Shown in pieces: positions 1 through 14,260 of a DNA stretch of 64,000 nucleotides. Origin of the DNA: the human T2T-CHM13v2.0 reference genome, Homo sapiens; assembly GCF_009914755.1 (NCBI RefSeq), contig NC_060938.1; one strand, given 5' to 3'. Position numbers and translations under genes: made by a program. The notes beneath the pieces were generated by a model. That model ran no database searches. It was not told the origin of the DNA and saw only the letters and a list, made by a program, of their open reading frames with translations. Each line of letters opens with the position of its first letter. Position 1 is the first letter of the stretch.

Positions 1-19
1 TTGATAATTTAGGGGTTAG

Positions 20-270
20 TAATAATAGCTGTCATTTATTACATGCCAGGTACTGTGCCAAGGACTTTGCATGGATCATCTCACTGAATTTCACACTATC
101 TTTATGAGATGTTAGTACCATTTTTGTAACCATTTTACAGATTAACAATTATAGAGATGTTAAGTAATTTAATTTGCTGAAGGTCACACTTTTCACAAGT
201 GGTAGAGCCTACTTTGAATCCCAGTAGTATGACTCCACAACCTAAACTCTGAATAACTGTATTGCCTTCC
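20..270 (-). mobile_element. MIR SINE
   Basis: MIR core in antisense (cattttacag...taagtaattt...aaggtcacac...tttgaatcccag). Confidence 0.8.
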
Positions 271-1309
271 TGAGCAGAAAACAGAGAAATCAGTGACCTA
301 AACATCTTAGGTATGAGATCACCAAGAATAGCTACTATTCTAGTTGATTTTGGAGTTTGCTTTGATTGTAATCAAATCTCCTTCTATATCATGGGAATTT
401 TGCTCCTAAAAAGATTTTTCCCCTTAACAATTTAGACTTATAAATAATTGCTCACTTTCCTTATGGTTCCATCTTCAATACTGATATTTCAATTTGTTTA
501 TTTCTGACTGCCAAATGTCTTGTTTTTGTTGCATGAAGGGAAAGCTTGCTTTAGTATGGGTTTTTCTTTCTGCAAAATAATCTTTAGGTCTATTAAGTCA
601 CTTTCTTTATATTCTTATATGTTGAAATTAATTTCTCAACTACATTTAAATGTAGAGACTACTTTCAAGAGCTGAATCACCTAAGTCATGTGGTAATACC
701 ATGTAATTACAGTCTGAAAACAGACTAAGCAAATAGGCCCATGTTTATATAAGGGAATATAATTTCAGGAAAATAGTTTATAGTTATTTTCCCTCAACCT
801 CATTGGGCCCTTTCATTGACTTTACTGCTGGGGCCATTTGTATTTCTTCCAAAGGGATGTCGTTTTAGAGCCCTCTGGCATGAAAGGAAGAGCAATGGAG
901 GTGCTACTAGCATTGGGATTTTTTTCCCCTTATAGTAATTAAGTTAATATTTTGTACTCAATTTGCTATGTCTTTTTCATATAAGAAAATGTGTTCACAA
1001 GTCAGACTACAAAAGATTAATTCAGATGTTTATAACTAGGTCGTTTCTTTGAGATAAGGCATATGGATTGGAGTTGGAAAGCAACACAAAAGCTTGAAAC
1101 TACAATTTTTTAGATTTTCTAGATTCAAGTCAATAATCTGAAAAGCCATTAACAAATCTTTCGGCTAGAATTTTCTGATTTTGTTGATAGTTTTAGAAAT
1201 TTAGGAAAATAATTTAAATATCGTATCTTGGAGGGATGCAAATGTAGAAGCACAATATATAGGAGGTTGCAGTGTATTTGTGTAAATCTGATCTATTGAT
1301 GAGTAATGT

Positions 1310-2650
1310 CTGTACATAAAATTCACTTCCTTTATCGTAGATGTCTGTGAGTTTTGGCAAATACAGTCACGTAACCATCACAAAAACTATAGATGAATTC
1401 TACCTCCCTCTAGAATTCTGTTGTTCCCTCTTATGGTCAAATTCTGTCCCGACCTCCTGTCCCTGGCACTTAACTGATCTGATTTCTGTCACACTTTTTT
1501 CCTGTTTCAGAATGTCATATAAATTGAATTACATAGTATGTAGCCTTTTGAGTCTGTCTTTTTTCACTTACTATAATGTTTTTGAGTTTCATCAATACTA
1601 TTGTCTGTATTAGTAGTTCATTCTTTTTTATTGCTGAGTAGTATTTTTATTCTTTTTAAATGTTGAGTAGTATTCCGTTATATTGATGTGTCTTAGCCCA
1701 TTTAGCATTGCTATCACAGAATACCTGACACTGGATAGTTTATAGAGAAAGAAGTTATTTGGCTCATGATTCTGGTGGCCAGAAAGTCCAAGATTGAACA
1801 GCTGCATCTGGTGAGGGCCTGAGGCTGCTTCAATTCATGGTGGGAAGTGGAAGGAGAGTAAGCGTGTATAAAGAGATCACATGATAAGAGAGGAAGCAAG
1901 ACAGAAACCGAGGAAGCCAGACTTTTTTAAACAACCTGCTCTTTTGGTAACTATTCCATTCCCATGAGAAGGAGAACTCAGTCATCTCTGAAGGAGGAGC
2001 ATTAATTTATTCATGAGGGATCTAGCTCCATAACCCAAATACCTCCCACTAGGTCCCACCTGCCAATACTGCCATGTTGGGGATCAAATTTCAACGTGAG
2101 TTTTGATGAGGACAAACCACATCCAAATCATAGCAAGATATATCACTTTTTTTTTTTTAATCCATTCACCAATTGAAGAATGTGAGGTTATTTCCATTTT
2201 GGGGCAGTTGTGAACAAAGTCACTATTAACCTTTGTTTCATAAACTTTTGTATGACCATAGTTTTTATTTCTCTTGGGCAAATACCTAGGAGTGGAACTG
2301 CTGGGTCATATGTTAACTGCATATTTAACTTTATAAGAAGCAACCCAGTTCTTTTTCTAGAGTACCTGTACCGTTTTGAAATTCCTACCAGAAATTCTTG
2401 AGAGTTCTACTTGCTCTCCTCCTACCCAGCATTTGCTATTGTCAGTTATCTTTATTTTAGTCATTGTAACAGATATATAATACTATCTCATTGAGGTTTC
2501 AATTTATATTTCTGTAATGAATGATATTGGCCATTTTTTTAATGTGTTGATTTGCCATTCATATGTCATCTTTGGTGAAGTGTTTATTCACTTCACCAAA
2601 GAATCTGTTGTCTATTTTAAAAAATCAAACTGTTTTCTTTTAATAAGTTC
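1310..2650 (-). mobile_element. Old L1M 3' region, split by an MST LTR
   Basis: Antisense L1 3' motifs (agaatgtcatataaattg...; aatacctaggagtggaactgctgggtcatatg) on both sides of the LTR. Confidence 0.75.
1689..2135 (-). mobile_element. MaLR solo LTR, MSTB-like
   Basis: tgtcttagcccatt...catccaaatcatagca termini with a typical MST body. Confidence 0.85.
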
Positions 2651-2734
2651 TTTGAAAAAATTATTTTTAAAAAACATATAAACACAAAATTATATTTATT
2701 AGTAATATAAAATATGGTATAATATAATAAAAAA

Positions 2735-3175
2735 CAAAAACATGGTGGCATAAAACAATCATTTATTTGCTCTTGATTTTTCCAATTTGGGTTAACTTCA
2801 GCTAGGCTTTTTTTCTAATTATAAATAGGGTCACTCATGTGGCTGCAGTCATCTGGTGGCTTGGTTATGGTTGGGCAGTCCAAGATGACCTCACTTACAT
2901 ATTTGGCAATTAGGTCGACCATTAACTGGCTCACTTCCATATTTCTTTTCTGGAAGGATAGCCCAGATTTCTTACATGATAGTGTTCCAAGAGGAAAATA
3001 GCAGGAATTGCATGGCCTCTTGAGACTGAGCATCAGAAGTAACACAGTGTCAATTCTGCCACATTCTGTTCATTGCAAGTCAAGAGGCCTACCCATATTC
3101 AAAAATGGAAGAAATAGATACTGCATCTTGGTTGATGGAACTACAAAGAATGTGTAACCGCATTTAACCTACCGT
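2735..3175 (-). mobile_element. MLT1-type MaLR LTR (old)
   Basis: ggtggcataaaacaatcatttat...tccaagatgacctcac...attctgccacattctgtt motifs. Confidence 0.7.
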
Positions 3176-4559
3176 TCTCACCACAGAAGGGAAGTTGAAT
3201 AGATTGGATTAGGTCAAATCATGGTGGGCTTATATAGCCAGAGTTATGTATAGACCCGATTGATAGATAATAGAGAACAATAGTTGGTTTTCAGCAGAGG
3301 AATGACACAGTGAAAATGGTTGAGGAAGATTTAGATTTTCAGGTGGATTTGGTGCATGTGCCAGATTGGAGTTAAGATATTTCTTGGGAAACTCTTAAAG
3401 TATTAATCTAGATAAGAGGTAATGCAACTTACACTGAAATTAATGATTGAATCAGTTGACTTTGATGCTTAGGTTTTCAACATGCCTGTATTTAGAGTTT
3501 CCCAGACATCTCTTTCTTTCTTGTTCATTGGTATCATGTTAGAACACATGTAGTGGGCCTTTAAAAAATTTAGAAATTATCACTTTCTCAGTCCTTTTAT
3601 GCTTCATGTTCGTTTTGTTTCAAGTTTAATAATGTGAAATAGCTATTTGCTCACAGAATTTTTGCTCCTTGGGACTTGAACCAGCCATGTTGCTTCCTAG
3701 AGTTGAAATTTACCAGAAAACACCCAGAAAATTGTTGGTTTGTGCAGAAATCCCCTTGAGCAGTGAACCTCAACCTGGTTGGATGTCAATCTCATGGAGT
3801 TGTAAAATCTAAAAAGTGCTTAATTGACAACTTTCCTTTTAACCTAATCCTTGTTATTCTAGGGACATTTATTTTTGAGAACAGAACTTAAAAAAATTCA
3901 AATGTGGCTTTTGGCCTTTTGGCCGATTAATAGTTTTTTTGTTTATTTGTTTGGTCTAGGAAAGGAGAAGAGATTTCTTCTAGAATTTAGATGCTAGCTG
4001 TAAAACTGTAAATTTAAAAACCACAAAGAATGTATGATTAATTTCCGATTACCTGTTTTTCTGAGCTGTGTGTCATCTGCCAATACGGGTTACAGACAAA
4101 GCACAAATCTTCTGGTGGAAAAATTTGTCCCAGGCAACAGAAGTATACTGAGTTGGGTAGAAAGGAAACTGAAGTGGTTCTTCACAGGTCATGTTTTACT
4201 GTTGTTTGAGAAGATTGTGTTAAAAAGTGGGTTGCCTTTGTTCTAGTTGGTTGGTTGGAAGATTTTGCTCTAGACCGTCTTCTCTATAACTCCTAGTCTC
4301 TCATATAAGAAGTGTACATATATTCTTAAAGCCAGTGAGATAGATTGGAATGTGTACAGCACCTGCCATCTAATTATAACCTTTCATGATATCTGCCTTT
4401 TGCTTTTTCAATCTTGTATCCATTATTCCTCATGTTATCAAGAATATCTTATTTTTAAGATATAATGAAAGATACTCCTTCCCTGAGAACATTACAGTGG
4501 GAACAACATTCCTATCCTGATAGGCCTGATTAAGCAGATATTCTCTCCCTGGAATTTCT

Positions 4560-7200
4560 TGTAACTTTTTAACATTTTACTGGATTAAATTTGCTAACAT
4601 TTTGTTTTGGATTTTTTCTATATAAATGAGATGTTTATTTATGATTTTTCCTTCTTGTGATGTCTTTCAGGTTATCAAGGTTTATGCAGGCCAATTCTGT
4701 TCTCTGGAAAAGTTTATGTAAAGTTGATATTCATTTTCTTTTAAATATTATAATTCTACCAGTGAAGTTATCTGGGCCTGGAGTCTTTTTGTGGGGAAGG
4801 GTGGTGGCGAGGAAGGAGAACATATGGGAAGATTTTAGATTCTGGATTTCATCTCTTTAATATAAATTGGACTGTTCAGCTCTTTTTTTTTCTCATGTCA
4901 ATTTTGGTGAGACGTGTTTTTCAAAGCATGTGTTCATTTTATCAGCATGTTCAAATGTTCTAGCTTAAAATTGTTCTTAGTGCCATTTTATTTTCTTCTC
5001 CATACTTGTATATCTATAGTAATGTCTCCTTTTTCATTCTTAATATTGGTTGTGTTTTCTCCTTTTATCTTGCTAACAGTTTATCAATTTAATTTGCTTT
5101 TTCAAAGAACCAACCTCTGTGCTTTTTTTTTCTTTATTGTATATCTGTTTTCTATTTTATTTTCTTTTATGTCCTGGAAAGCCTTAAATTTCTCTCTAAG
5201 CACAGCTTTCAGTTGTATTCCATAAGTTTTGATATTCTATTTTTGTCATTAATTTAAAATACTTTAAAATTTGTATTGTGATTTTTTTTTTCTATGACCC
5301 ATAGGTTATTTAGTAGTTGTTACTTAATTTCCAAATTGGGCTATTCTGTTTATCTTTCAGATTTTGATTTCTAGTTTGTTCTTCAACCAGATAGAATTAT
5401 ATTCTATATTTCAGTTCTTTGAAATTTATTTAATGGCTTAGCAAATGACTTATGTTGTTGAATGCTTAAGAAACGTGTATTCTGTTGCTGAGTCTGATCT
5501 AGTATATATGTCATTTAAGTTAGGTTGGTTAATTAAGTTATTCAGATTTATTAATTTTTATAAACACTCATATTCTTTTATAATTGGCCACATATTTTTT
5601 CTTTCTAGTGTTCTTTACTCCTTCCTGTTATTCAGTTCTTTCATGTTGAATCATGTTCTTCAGCCTTAATAATATCCTATAGTATTTATAGTGCAGGTTT
5701 GATAGCAATAAATTCAGATTCTCTTTTTTAAAAACTTTATCTTTCATTTTGTTAGATATTTCTATTGAGTGTAGAATTTACTTTAGCAGTAATTTTTAAA
5801 AGCATTTAAAACATGTCATTTCATTGATTCCTGCCTTTCATAGTCTCTGAGAAGTCTGCAATTTTAAGAAGCGTATCTTTCTCTTTGGCTGAGTTTACTT
5901 TTTTTTTTGTCTTTGGTGTTAAGCACTTGACTATGAGTGCCTAGATATGGCTTTATTTGTTTTTATTCAGCTTGAAGTTCACTGAGCTGCTTAAATCTGG
6001 GAGTTGATGTATTTTATCAATTTTGGAAAACCCTCAGCTACTATTTCTTCAAATACTGCTTCTGAAGCCATTATTTTTTATTTTTTTCCTTATGGAATTC
6101 CAATTATATGTATTATTAAACTTATTTTTATGGTATCTCACATGGCTTTATGTGTCTTTCATGATCTAATTTCTCTTTGCACTTTATTTTGTATTATTTT
6201 CTATTGAACTGGCTTCCAACTTATTTCACCTGTCTTCTGTTTTGTTCATTGTGCCGTTAATCACACACAGTTAGTAATTTTTTATATTTTTTGATTCTAG
6301 AATACTCACTTGATTCTTTTTGATAATTTCAAATTTCTTTGGAAATTCTCCATTTTTCATCTGTCTTGTCCATGTTTCTTTTAATTTCTTAAATAGTTAT
6401 TCTAATATAACTATTATATTTTCTCCTAATTTCTATTTCATGGATCACCTTTTGGTTGATTTCTTTTGATATTTATTTTGATTGTTAGTCAAATTTTCTG
6501 CCTCTTTGCATGTCTAGTGATTTTAAATTTAATATATTGTGTATAAAGGCACTGTGGAGGCTACAGAGGCTTTTCTCTGTTGGAGATTGGGCTTAATATT
6601 TCAATCCAGTACAATCAGTGATTGAACATGGCTGTGTTTTAGTTTTAGTAAAACCTAGCCCACTTTGTTTCTTCCTTGTTCCTCAGGTATAATTCTTCTA
6701 GGCTTTTTATTGACAATTTGGTAGATTTCTCTTCAGATTTGAAGTATAGGACATTTCTTCTGCCCTTCAGAGGTTTTGAGCTTTGCTCTTTGGTCTCTTG
6801 CTCCAGGTAGCATCTAAATTTGACATACATTGAAGAGAAAACTAGCTGTGAGTTTAAGGTAGACCTCAAGCAGGACTTCATCCTGTAAATTTCGTAAGAC
6901 TATGAGAAATTTCATTCTGTCTTAAAATTACTGTCTAGCCTTGGAGCCATAGAATCCAGCAAATCAATCATGGAGAAAACTGGCTATGTGTTTACTGCTC
7001 TTGCAGTTTCCAAATTTTCACACCACTCTTCTGTGTGATCCCTACCCAGAATCAGCAAATGCTTCCCAAGTAAGAACATAGCTAGTTCAGCCTGCTCTGG
7101 AATTTTAGTTAATTTAATCCCTCACTTCCACAGCTCTCTAATGCCTTTAAAAGGATTATATTTGCAAGTTTTTTTTTTTTCTGGGAGTGGTGGGGAGTGC
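4560..7200 (-). mobile_element. Degenerate L1M fragments
   Basis: Long T-rich tract with antisense L1 motifs (ccagtgaagttatctgggcctggag; ttttcaaagaaccaac). Confidence 0.65.
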
Positions 7201-7449
7201 TTATTGTCATTATTACAGTGAGAATGAGAATAGGGTTTGCCATGTTATACTGTATTCTACTTATAACTACATATACTCCTACATATACTCTACCTGTATT
7301 AAAAGTGGAGTTCATTTATCCCAGTGTTGCTGACATACACGATTTCCATTAGTTCCTGTGCCTAGATCTCTGGAGACTTCTTGGTTCTTGCTCTTTTAAT
7401 GACCTGGTTCTTCAGGCTTTCCTTTGATTCCCTTTTAACCTTCTATTGT

Positions 7450-8150
7450 ATACCTTAATTGTGTGGTAAAGGAAAGGAAGAGTTTAAGTGGATTCAAAGT
7501 TTGTCGTGTTAAAGTGAATTAAATATGGTCTGAGAAGGACTTTGTACTCTATATTTGAGTCCTAGTGGACGAACTGTAACCTAACTTAATAGGTAGACAA
7601 GATCGAAAACCTGACTTAGGAGTATGCGCCTGTAACAATAGCTGAGTCTTGCCCAATCCCAGCAGCCATATTTCAACCATTCACACACTGCTGAGCATTC
7701 AGACTGTGTTCAAATAAGGCAAATGCTGAGCTGTAACCAATCTAGTTGTTTCTGTACCTCACTTCTGATTTCTGTATATCACTCCCCCTTTTTTGTCTAT
7801 AAATCTTCTTCCACCATGTGGCTGCACTGGAGTCTTTCTGAATCTGCTGTGATTCTGGGTGCTGCTGGATTCGTGAATCGTTCATTGCTCAATTAAACTC
7901 CTTTAAATTTAATTTGGCTGAAGTTTTTATTTTAACAGTAACTGTCAGTAATCTTTTTCAATGACTGATATAATGAACCTGTTAGGAGAAAGACCAGGAT
8001 GGGATTTAGGTAGGTTGAACTTGATGTGCTTGCTGAACCTATCCAAAAGAAAGTTGGAAAGTGAGTCTAGAACTCAGGAAAAAAGCCCAGGTGAGAGAGA
8101 AATATGACTTTGGGAATCATGCACATAGCAGTGATTGCCAGAAAATGTGT
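7450..8150 (-). mobile_element. L2 fragment interrupted by the MER57 LTR
   Basis: Purine-rich antisense L2 motifs (gtctagaactcagg; tttgggaatcatgcacatag). Confidence 0.5.
7507..7937 (+). mobile_element. ERV1 solo LTR, MER57A1-like, in sense orientation
   Basis: TGTTAAAG...TTTTAACA inverted termini; CCAAT at 7653 and 7737; TATAAA at 7798; ATTAAA at 7892. Confidence 0.85.
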
Positions 8151-9039
8151 GGCACAAAGTAAAAATTTCTCCATGCACTTCAGATGATCCATAGTTTCCC
8201 TAAACACTGTGGACTTGCAGAGAAGGAAGTGTGGGAACAGCATCAACATACTCTTACATACAGGGCCTGCAAGAATCTCACGTGGTAGGAAAATTCATTT
8301 TTCAACCACTACACCTGTTCTATGAATACAGCAATTGGTTATGTGTAGAGAAGCATAGCATCATATGTATTTTTACATACTATTGCCATTACTAGGTTTT
8401 ATTAGGGACAGAACCTTGGTAGAATAAAAGCACATTTAGAATATAATGCTACTTTCATCATCATTTGTTATATTGTCTTAATATTCTTCACACCCAAGAC
8501 TTGAATATATATATATATTTACATGGAAGTAAAGTTTACATGGAACAATGCCAAGGAAGGGGTTTTCAGGCAACAAAAGTATTATATCAGTTGTTCTATT
8601 TAGAACACTGTGTTATAGCATTGTTACCTGTTTTTTCTTGTGTACTGAAAAGTATAACCCCACTTAAACTCAATATATGAAAATCTAGGTTTACACAGAA
8701 GATAAAAGGTAAAATAGTCTTTATAAAATAGCAGACTCTTAGTGAATTTGGATTCAAGATTTAACAATCCACTTTGCCCATAGTCTTACAAGTTTTTTGT
8801 AAATCTAGGCCTACCAGTGTATAGGCACAGTGAATGGCTTATAATCCTATTCATAGGAGAGTTGCAGCTCATAATCATAATTTTATGACACTTTTCTCAA
8901 GGTCTCATGTGGCACCCTATCAACTAGATGTTGGATTGCAGTGGGAAACAATGCAAGAAGAGCTGTTAGCTTGTGCTTTTACTCTTAGCATCTCGATTGT
9001 CCTAACAGTAACATTAGCAGCAAGCAGGAACAGCAAGAC

Positions 9040-9270
9040 AACAAAAACAACAGCTGTTAATATGTGTTACTATGTATCAGGTCACATTCTAAGCTTTGTG
9101 TATGTATGAACTCATTTAATCCCTATAGCAGCCCTGTGAGTAAGTACTCACATTATCCCCATTTTGTAGATGTAGACAGAGAAGTACAGTTAAATAGCTT
9201 GCTGAAATGTATACAACTGTGAGTGATGAATGTGGAGTTCATCTTGCTTCATATTCCACATTCTTAATCA
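9040..9270 (-). mobile_element. MIR SINE
   Basis: ctcatttaatcc...attatccccattttgtagatg core. Confidence 0.75.
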
Positions 9271-9439
9271 CGTTGGTATGGTGGCTCTAAAAGTCACTGC
9301 TTTTTCCACAGAAAATGTGCAACAATCCTTTTTTGCCTAACACCCTTTGCGTGTTTTGTATATGGGTCCAGTAGACTAGACCATAGACTATAATGTACAT
9401 TCTCTTTCTACCAGATTCCTTTCTTCCCCATTTATCATT

Positions 9440-9765
9440 AAGCAGACTTAGCAAGGAAAATTATCAGCGATAAAGATGGGTCATTCTGTAGTGATAAAGG
9501 AGTAATGAGGACATAACAGTCCTTAACATGTATGCACATAACAACAAAGTGTGAAATACCTGAGGCAAAATATGTGAGACAGGAGAAATAGATAAATTCA
9601 CTATTATAGCTAGAGACTTCAGCACCTCTCTTACAGTAATTGAAAGATTAAGCAGGCAGAAAATCAGTAAAGATATAGCTGATGTGAATAGCATTTTCTT
9701 CAATCAGCTTGACCTAATTGACATTTACAGAATACTGTTTTCAACAATAGCAGAATACACATTTA
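9440..9765 (+). mobile_element. L1M ORF2 endonuclease-domain fragment
   Basis: Encodes NQLDLIDIYRIL...AEYTF, a typical L1 endonuclease motif. Confidence 0.8.
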
Positions 9766-10340
9766 CCATTGAAAACCTGTCTGTCCTGATGGACTCTGAT
9801 ATTTGGATTGGGGAGTTTCTTGTAAAAGGCTGTCTTGTCATAATGAATAGGGAAGTCTGTGTATTTGGAGTTGGCTCAGTGGGGAGGGATAGAGCTGTAG
9901 AAATTTATTCTTATTTATAGTATCAGCTAGAAGTCTATCATGTAGAGAAACATTTCTTTTCCCGTTCATTTCAAGCTTTGCCTGCTCCCCACCCACAACA
10001 AAGATGGTTCAGATGGTTCAGTAGAAACTGGTTATGTGGAATGTAAGGTAAGATCATGCTTTCTCATTAGGAGTCATAATCACTTTCCTCATTCATATTA
10101 ATATATTCATATATAATACCAAAATCACCACCAAGAAAAGAAAATTAGAGTAAGGTAACTTTCAATATTTGGAAAATAATACATGTGCAAGACTTCTGGT
10201 GATAGCTATATGATTTTGAAGAGAAAGTAAAATTTTTTATAAATCAAAAAGTATAAACCATTAATATTACAAATAGGAGGGAAATTGCAAAGCTTAGCGA
10301 AAGGCACTGGATAGATTGTGGCATACAAAAGGGGGTCCAC

Positions 10341-10515
10341 GTTGGATGCAGTGGCACAAGCCTGTAGTCCTAGCTGCTAGGAAAGCTGAGGCAAGAGGAT
10401 CACTTGAGTCCAGGAGTTCCAGGCTATTGTACCCAATGATCGTGCCTGTGAATAGCCACTGTACTCCAGCCTGGGCAACACAGTGAGACCCCCATGTCTA
10501 AAAAAAAAAAAAAAA
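10341..10515 (+). mobile_element. FAM (fossil Alu monomer) with A-tail
   Basis: Single monomer containing the FAM/7SL-like segment gatcgtgcctgtgaatagccactg. Confidence 0.8.
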
Positions 10516-10630
10516 TAGGGCGTCAGGTTTAGTGATTCATTCATTTATTCTTTTAATTATTTATTTTAGGTTCATTAGAACTATTAGAGAATAAAATGCA
10601 TCTGATTGTTTATATCTTGTCTGTTAAATG

Positions 10631-11190
10631 GTATTTAGTTATCTTTTGCTGTTCAACAAATTACCAACCTAGTGGTGTAAAACAACACAAACTTACTATC
10701 ACACAGTTTCTGTGGATTAGGAGTTCTTGCACAGTTTAGGTGGTGTCTCTGCTTTGGGGTCCCTCACAAAGGTACAAAAGGTGTTGACTGGGTCTGCAGT
10801 TTATTTCAAGGCTCAATTAAAGAAGGATACAGTTCTAAAATCATGTGGTTGTTGGCAGAATTCACTTCCTTGATATTGTTTGGACTAAGGGCCTCAGTTT
10901 CTTGCTGTCTGCCAGAGGCTGCCCTCAGTTCCTTTCCAAGTGGACCTCTCCAGAGGGCAGCTCACACCATAGCTTGCTTCATCAAAACCAGCAAGGAAGA
11001 GAATCTGCTAGCAAGATAAAGTTTCAGTCTTTTTAAACACAGTCATGGAAGATACATTCCATCATCTTTGCAATATTCTATTGATTAGAGCAAATCACAG
11101 GTCCCATTTACACTTGGGGAGGCGATTTTCCAAGGTCTTGACCACCAGAAGATAAAAATCAGTGGGGGCATCCTACAGTCAACCACCACA
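10631..11190 (-). mobile_element. MLT1E/F-like MaLR LTR
   Basis: aacaaattacc...aaaacaacacaaa...gttggcagaattcacttcctt...caccaca. Confidence 0.75.
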
Positions 11191-12278
11191 GCAGGGATCA
11201 TGTGTTTTTAACATGTTTTATTGTGCTCGATAATAACATCAAAGTTTTCATTGTGTACCAACACTTTACATAAATTATCTTATTCAGAAGTTAAGTGATT
11301 TGCCTCACACCACATAGTAAGTGCTAAAACCAGCAAGAGCTCAAAGAGTCTGACTCTAGGTATTATAGAATAATATATTTTTAATTAAACATGAAAAGCT
11401 TTAAATGGTGCTTCTTGTCTGTTTTAAAATGTTCTAGAATTGAGGTGGGTAGCATTTTTACAGCAATAAGAATGCTAATCTGGTTATTAATTGTTACCAC
11501 ATGATTTCAGACTAAACATTTCAATCACAGTGAACTTCATTGTTTGTGGCGCAATGTCTTGCTTCCCTTGGTTCCTAGTACAAAGATTAAAGGGGCAAAT
11601 AATGAGCAGATTCTGTGAAACATATCCTCTGAGGAGGAACCATAAGCATGGCTTGAAGGCAGGGTTGCTGAACAGATACTTCATTTATTTTGTTGATGTT
11701 GCAGGATTAATATTGTATACTCTTTTTGTGGATGATGGCTTTGGTTACTGGATTCCAAAGGCCAGTATTCTTTTCTATGAAATGTTTTCTAATTCGTATA
11801 AAGCGAATTCTTTTTCCTCTTCATTCCTGTATTTTATTTTATTTTATTATTTTATTTATTAATTTATTTTATTTTATTTCTTATAATAGTCTAGGAGTGC
11901 CTCTGGACGGCTGTGTCCAAGGGTATAAATTTGCAAGTAGTAAAGAAATTTACCATTACTTAAAAATCATTTACCTTCGTTGTGAAGTTCCTTTCCTCTC
12001 TCTCCCTCCTTTCTTCCTTCCTTTTCTTTCTCTCTTCTTCCAATTTAGAGTGATTACATATGGCAAGACTTTAAATTATTGTACTCAGGGATTATTTTGA
12101 ACTTGCCTTTAATTTCATTTATGTGTGACTTTTTCCTGTAATTATATGTATACAGTACATATGTAATCTTTCATACATGGGCATTAATTTCATAGCTGTG
12201 AGTACAGAAAATCCCATTTTGATAGGATATCCAAATAGGATACTTTTTGGATAGTCTGACCTTTTGCTCATTTAATGA

Positions 12279-12656
<378 letters not shown>

Positions 12657-12881
12657 GAAGCAGATATTTTTGATGAATACTTTATAATTCAGTTTTCAAA
12701 ATATAGATAAAAATACAAATGGAATTAGTCAACAGTTGGCCGCAAGTAAGTATAGCTTTTATATAAATAATCACAACTATTCAAATGTAAATTAAATTTG
12801 ACTTTCTCCTCACTACAAATCCTTATAATAGCTCACTTGCTGTGAATAGTTGTCTGCTTTTTTTGGTTTGCTTAGCTTTAA

Positions 12882-13100
12882 CAGGGGTTGACAAACTATG
12901 GCCGTGGGACAAGTCTACCTTTCTCTGTTTTTTGTTTGTTTGTTTGTTTCTTTTTCAATGGCTTCCAGGCTAAGAATGGTTTTACATTTTTAAATGGTTG
13001 GATCAAAAACAAATTCAAAGCAGAACATGTAAGAGGCCATTTGTAGCCACAAAACCTACATAGTTTACTCTCTGACCCTTTATAGAAAAAGTTGACTAAC
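12882..13100. mobile_element. MER58-type hAT-Charlie MITE
   Basis: caggggttgacaaactatggcc end; gctaagaatggttttacatttttaaatgg; ccctttatagaaaaagtt. Confidence 0.75.
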
Positions 13101-13270
13101 AAGGTTTGTGTGAACCAGGATGGTTTCATTATTTTCATTATTAAGTCTTGTCTTTTGTAGTCTCTGAATTGTTAGGCATGTTACATGTTGATATAGACAT
13201 GCTCTGAAATAAAGGTCCAAATAGTAATATTATTCTTAGGCTCTTGTTTTACTGTACATCTTTTGTACTT

Positions 13271-13886
<616 letters not shown>

Positions 13887-14049
13887 TAAGCTTACATTTT
13901 ACCTCTTATTTCTTCTTGCTTTTATTATATGTTCAGTTATTCTAATGTGTTTGTGTCTCTGCCTCCTAAGAGGCACCTTGTATTTAGTGCTGAAGTGGCT
14001 CTTAGGTGGAGGAGATCTGATCGGTTATGCTTAGAAAGGAACAATCTAG

Positions 14050-14260
14050 TGAAATGAAAGGCCTGGGCTTCTCAGATTTGGATTTGGATCCCAAGTCGAC
14101 CACTTACTAACTTAGTGATCTTAAAAAAGTCATGTAAGGGGGCTTTTTGATCTTCAGTTTCTTCACTTTAAAAATGGCAATAATATCTATTTTGCAATAA
14201 GTTTAAAATGAGATTAAAAAAATAGAAGATTTTTGTGTATTAGTAGGTCCTCAATAAACA
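14050..14260 (+). mobile_element. MIR SINE
   Basis: ccacttactaac...cttcagtttcttcactttaaaaatgg. Confidence 0.6.

Noticed and set aside
10341-10515. 7SL RNA gene
   Set aside because: It lacks the S domain, is diverged and is A-tailed, which fits a FAM retrocopy.
11491-12100. Two overlapping 123-124 aa hydrophobic ORFs
   Set aside because: They have TTG/GTG starts, their composition follows T-rich DNA, and I recognise no homology or exon structure.
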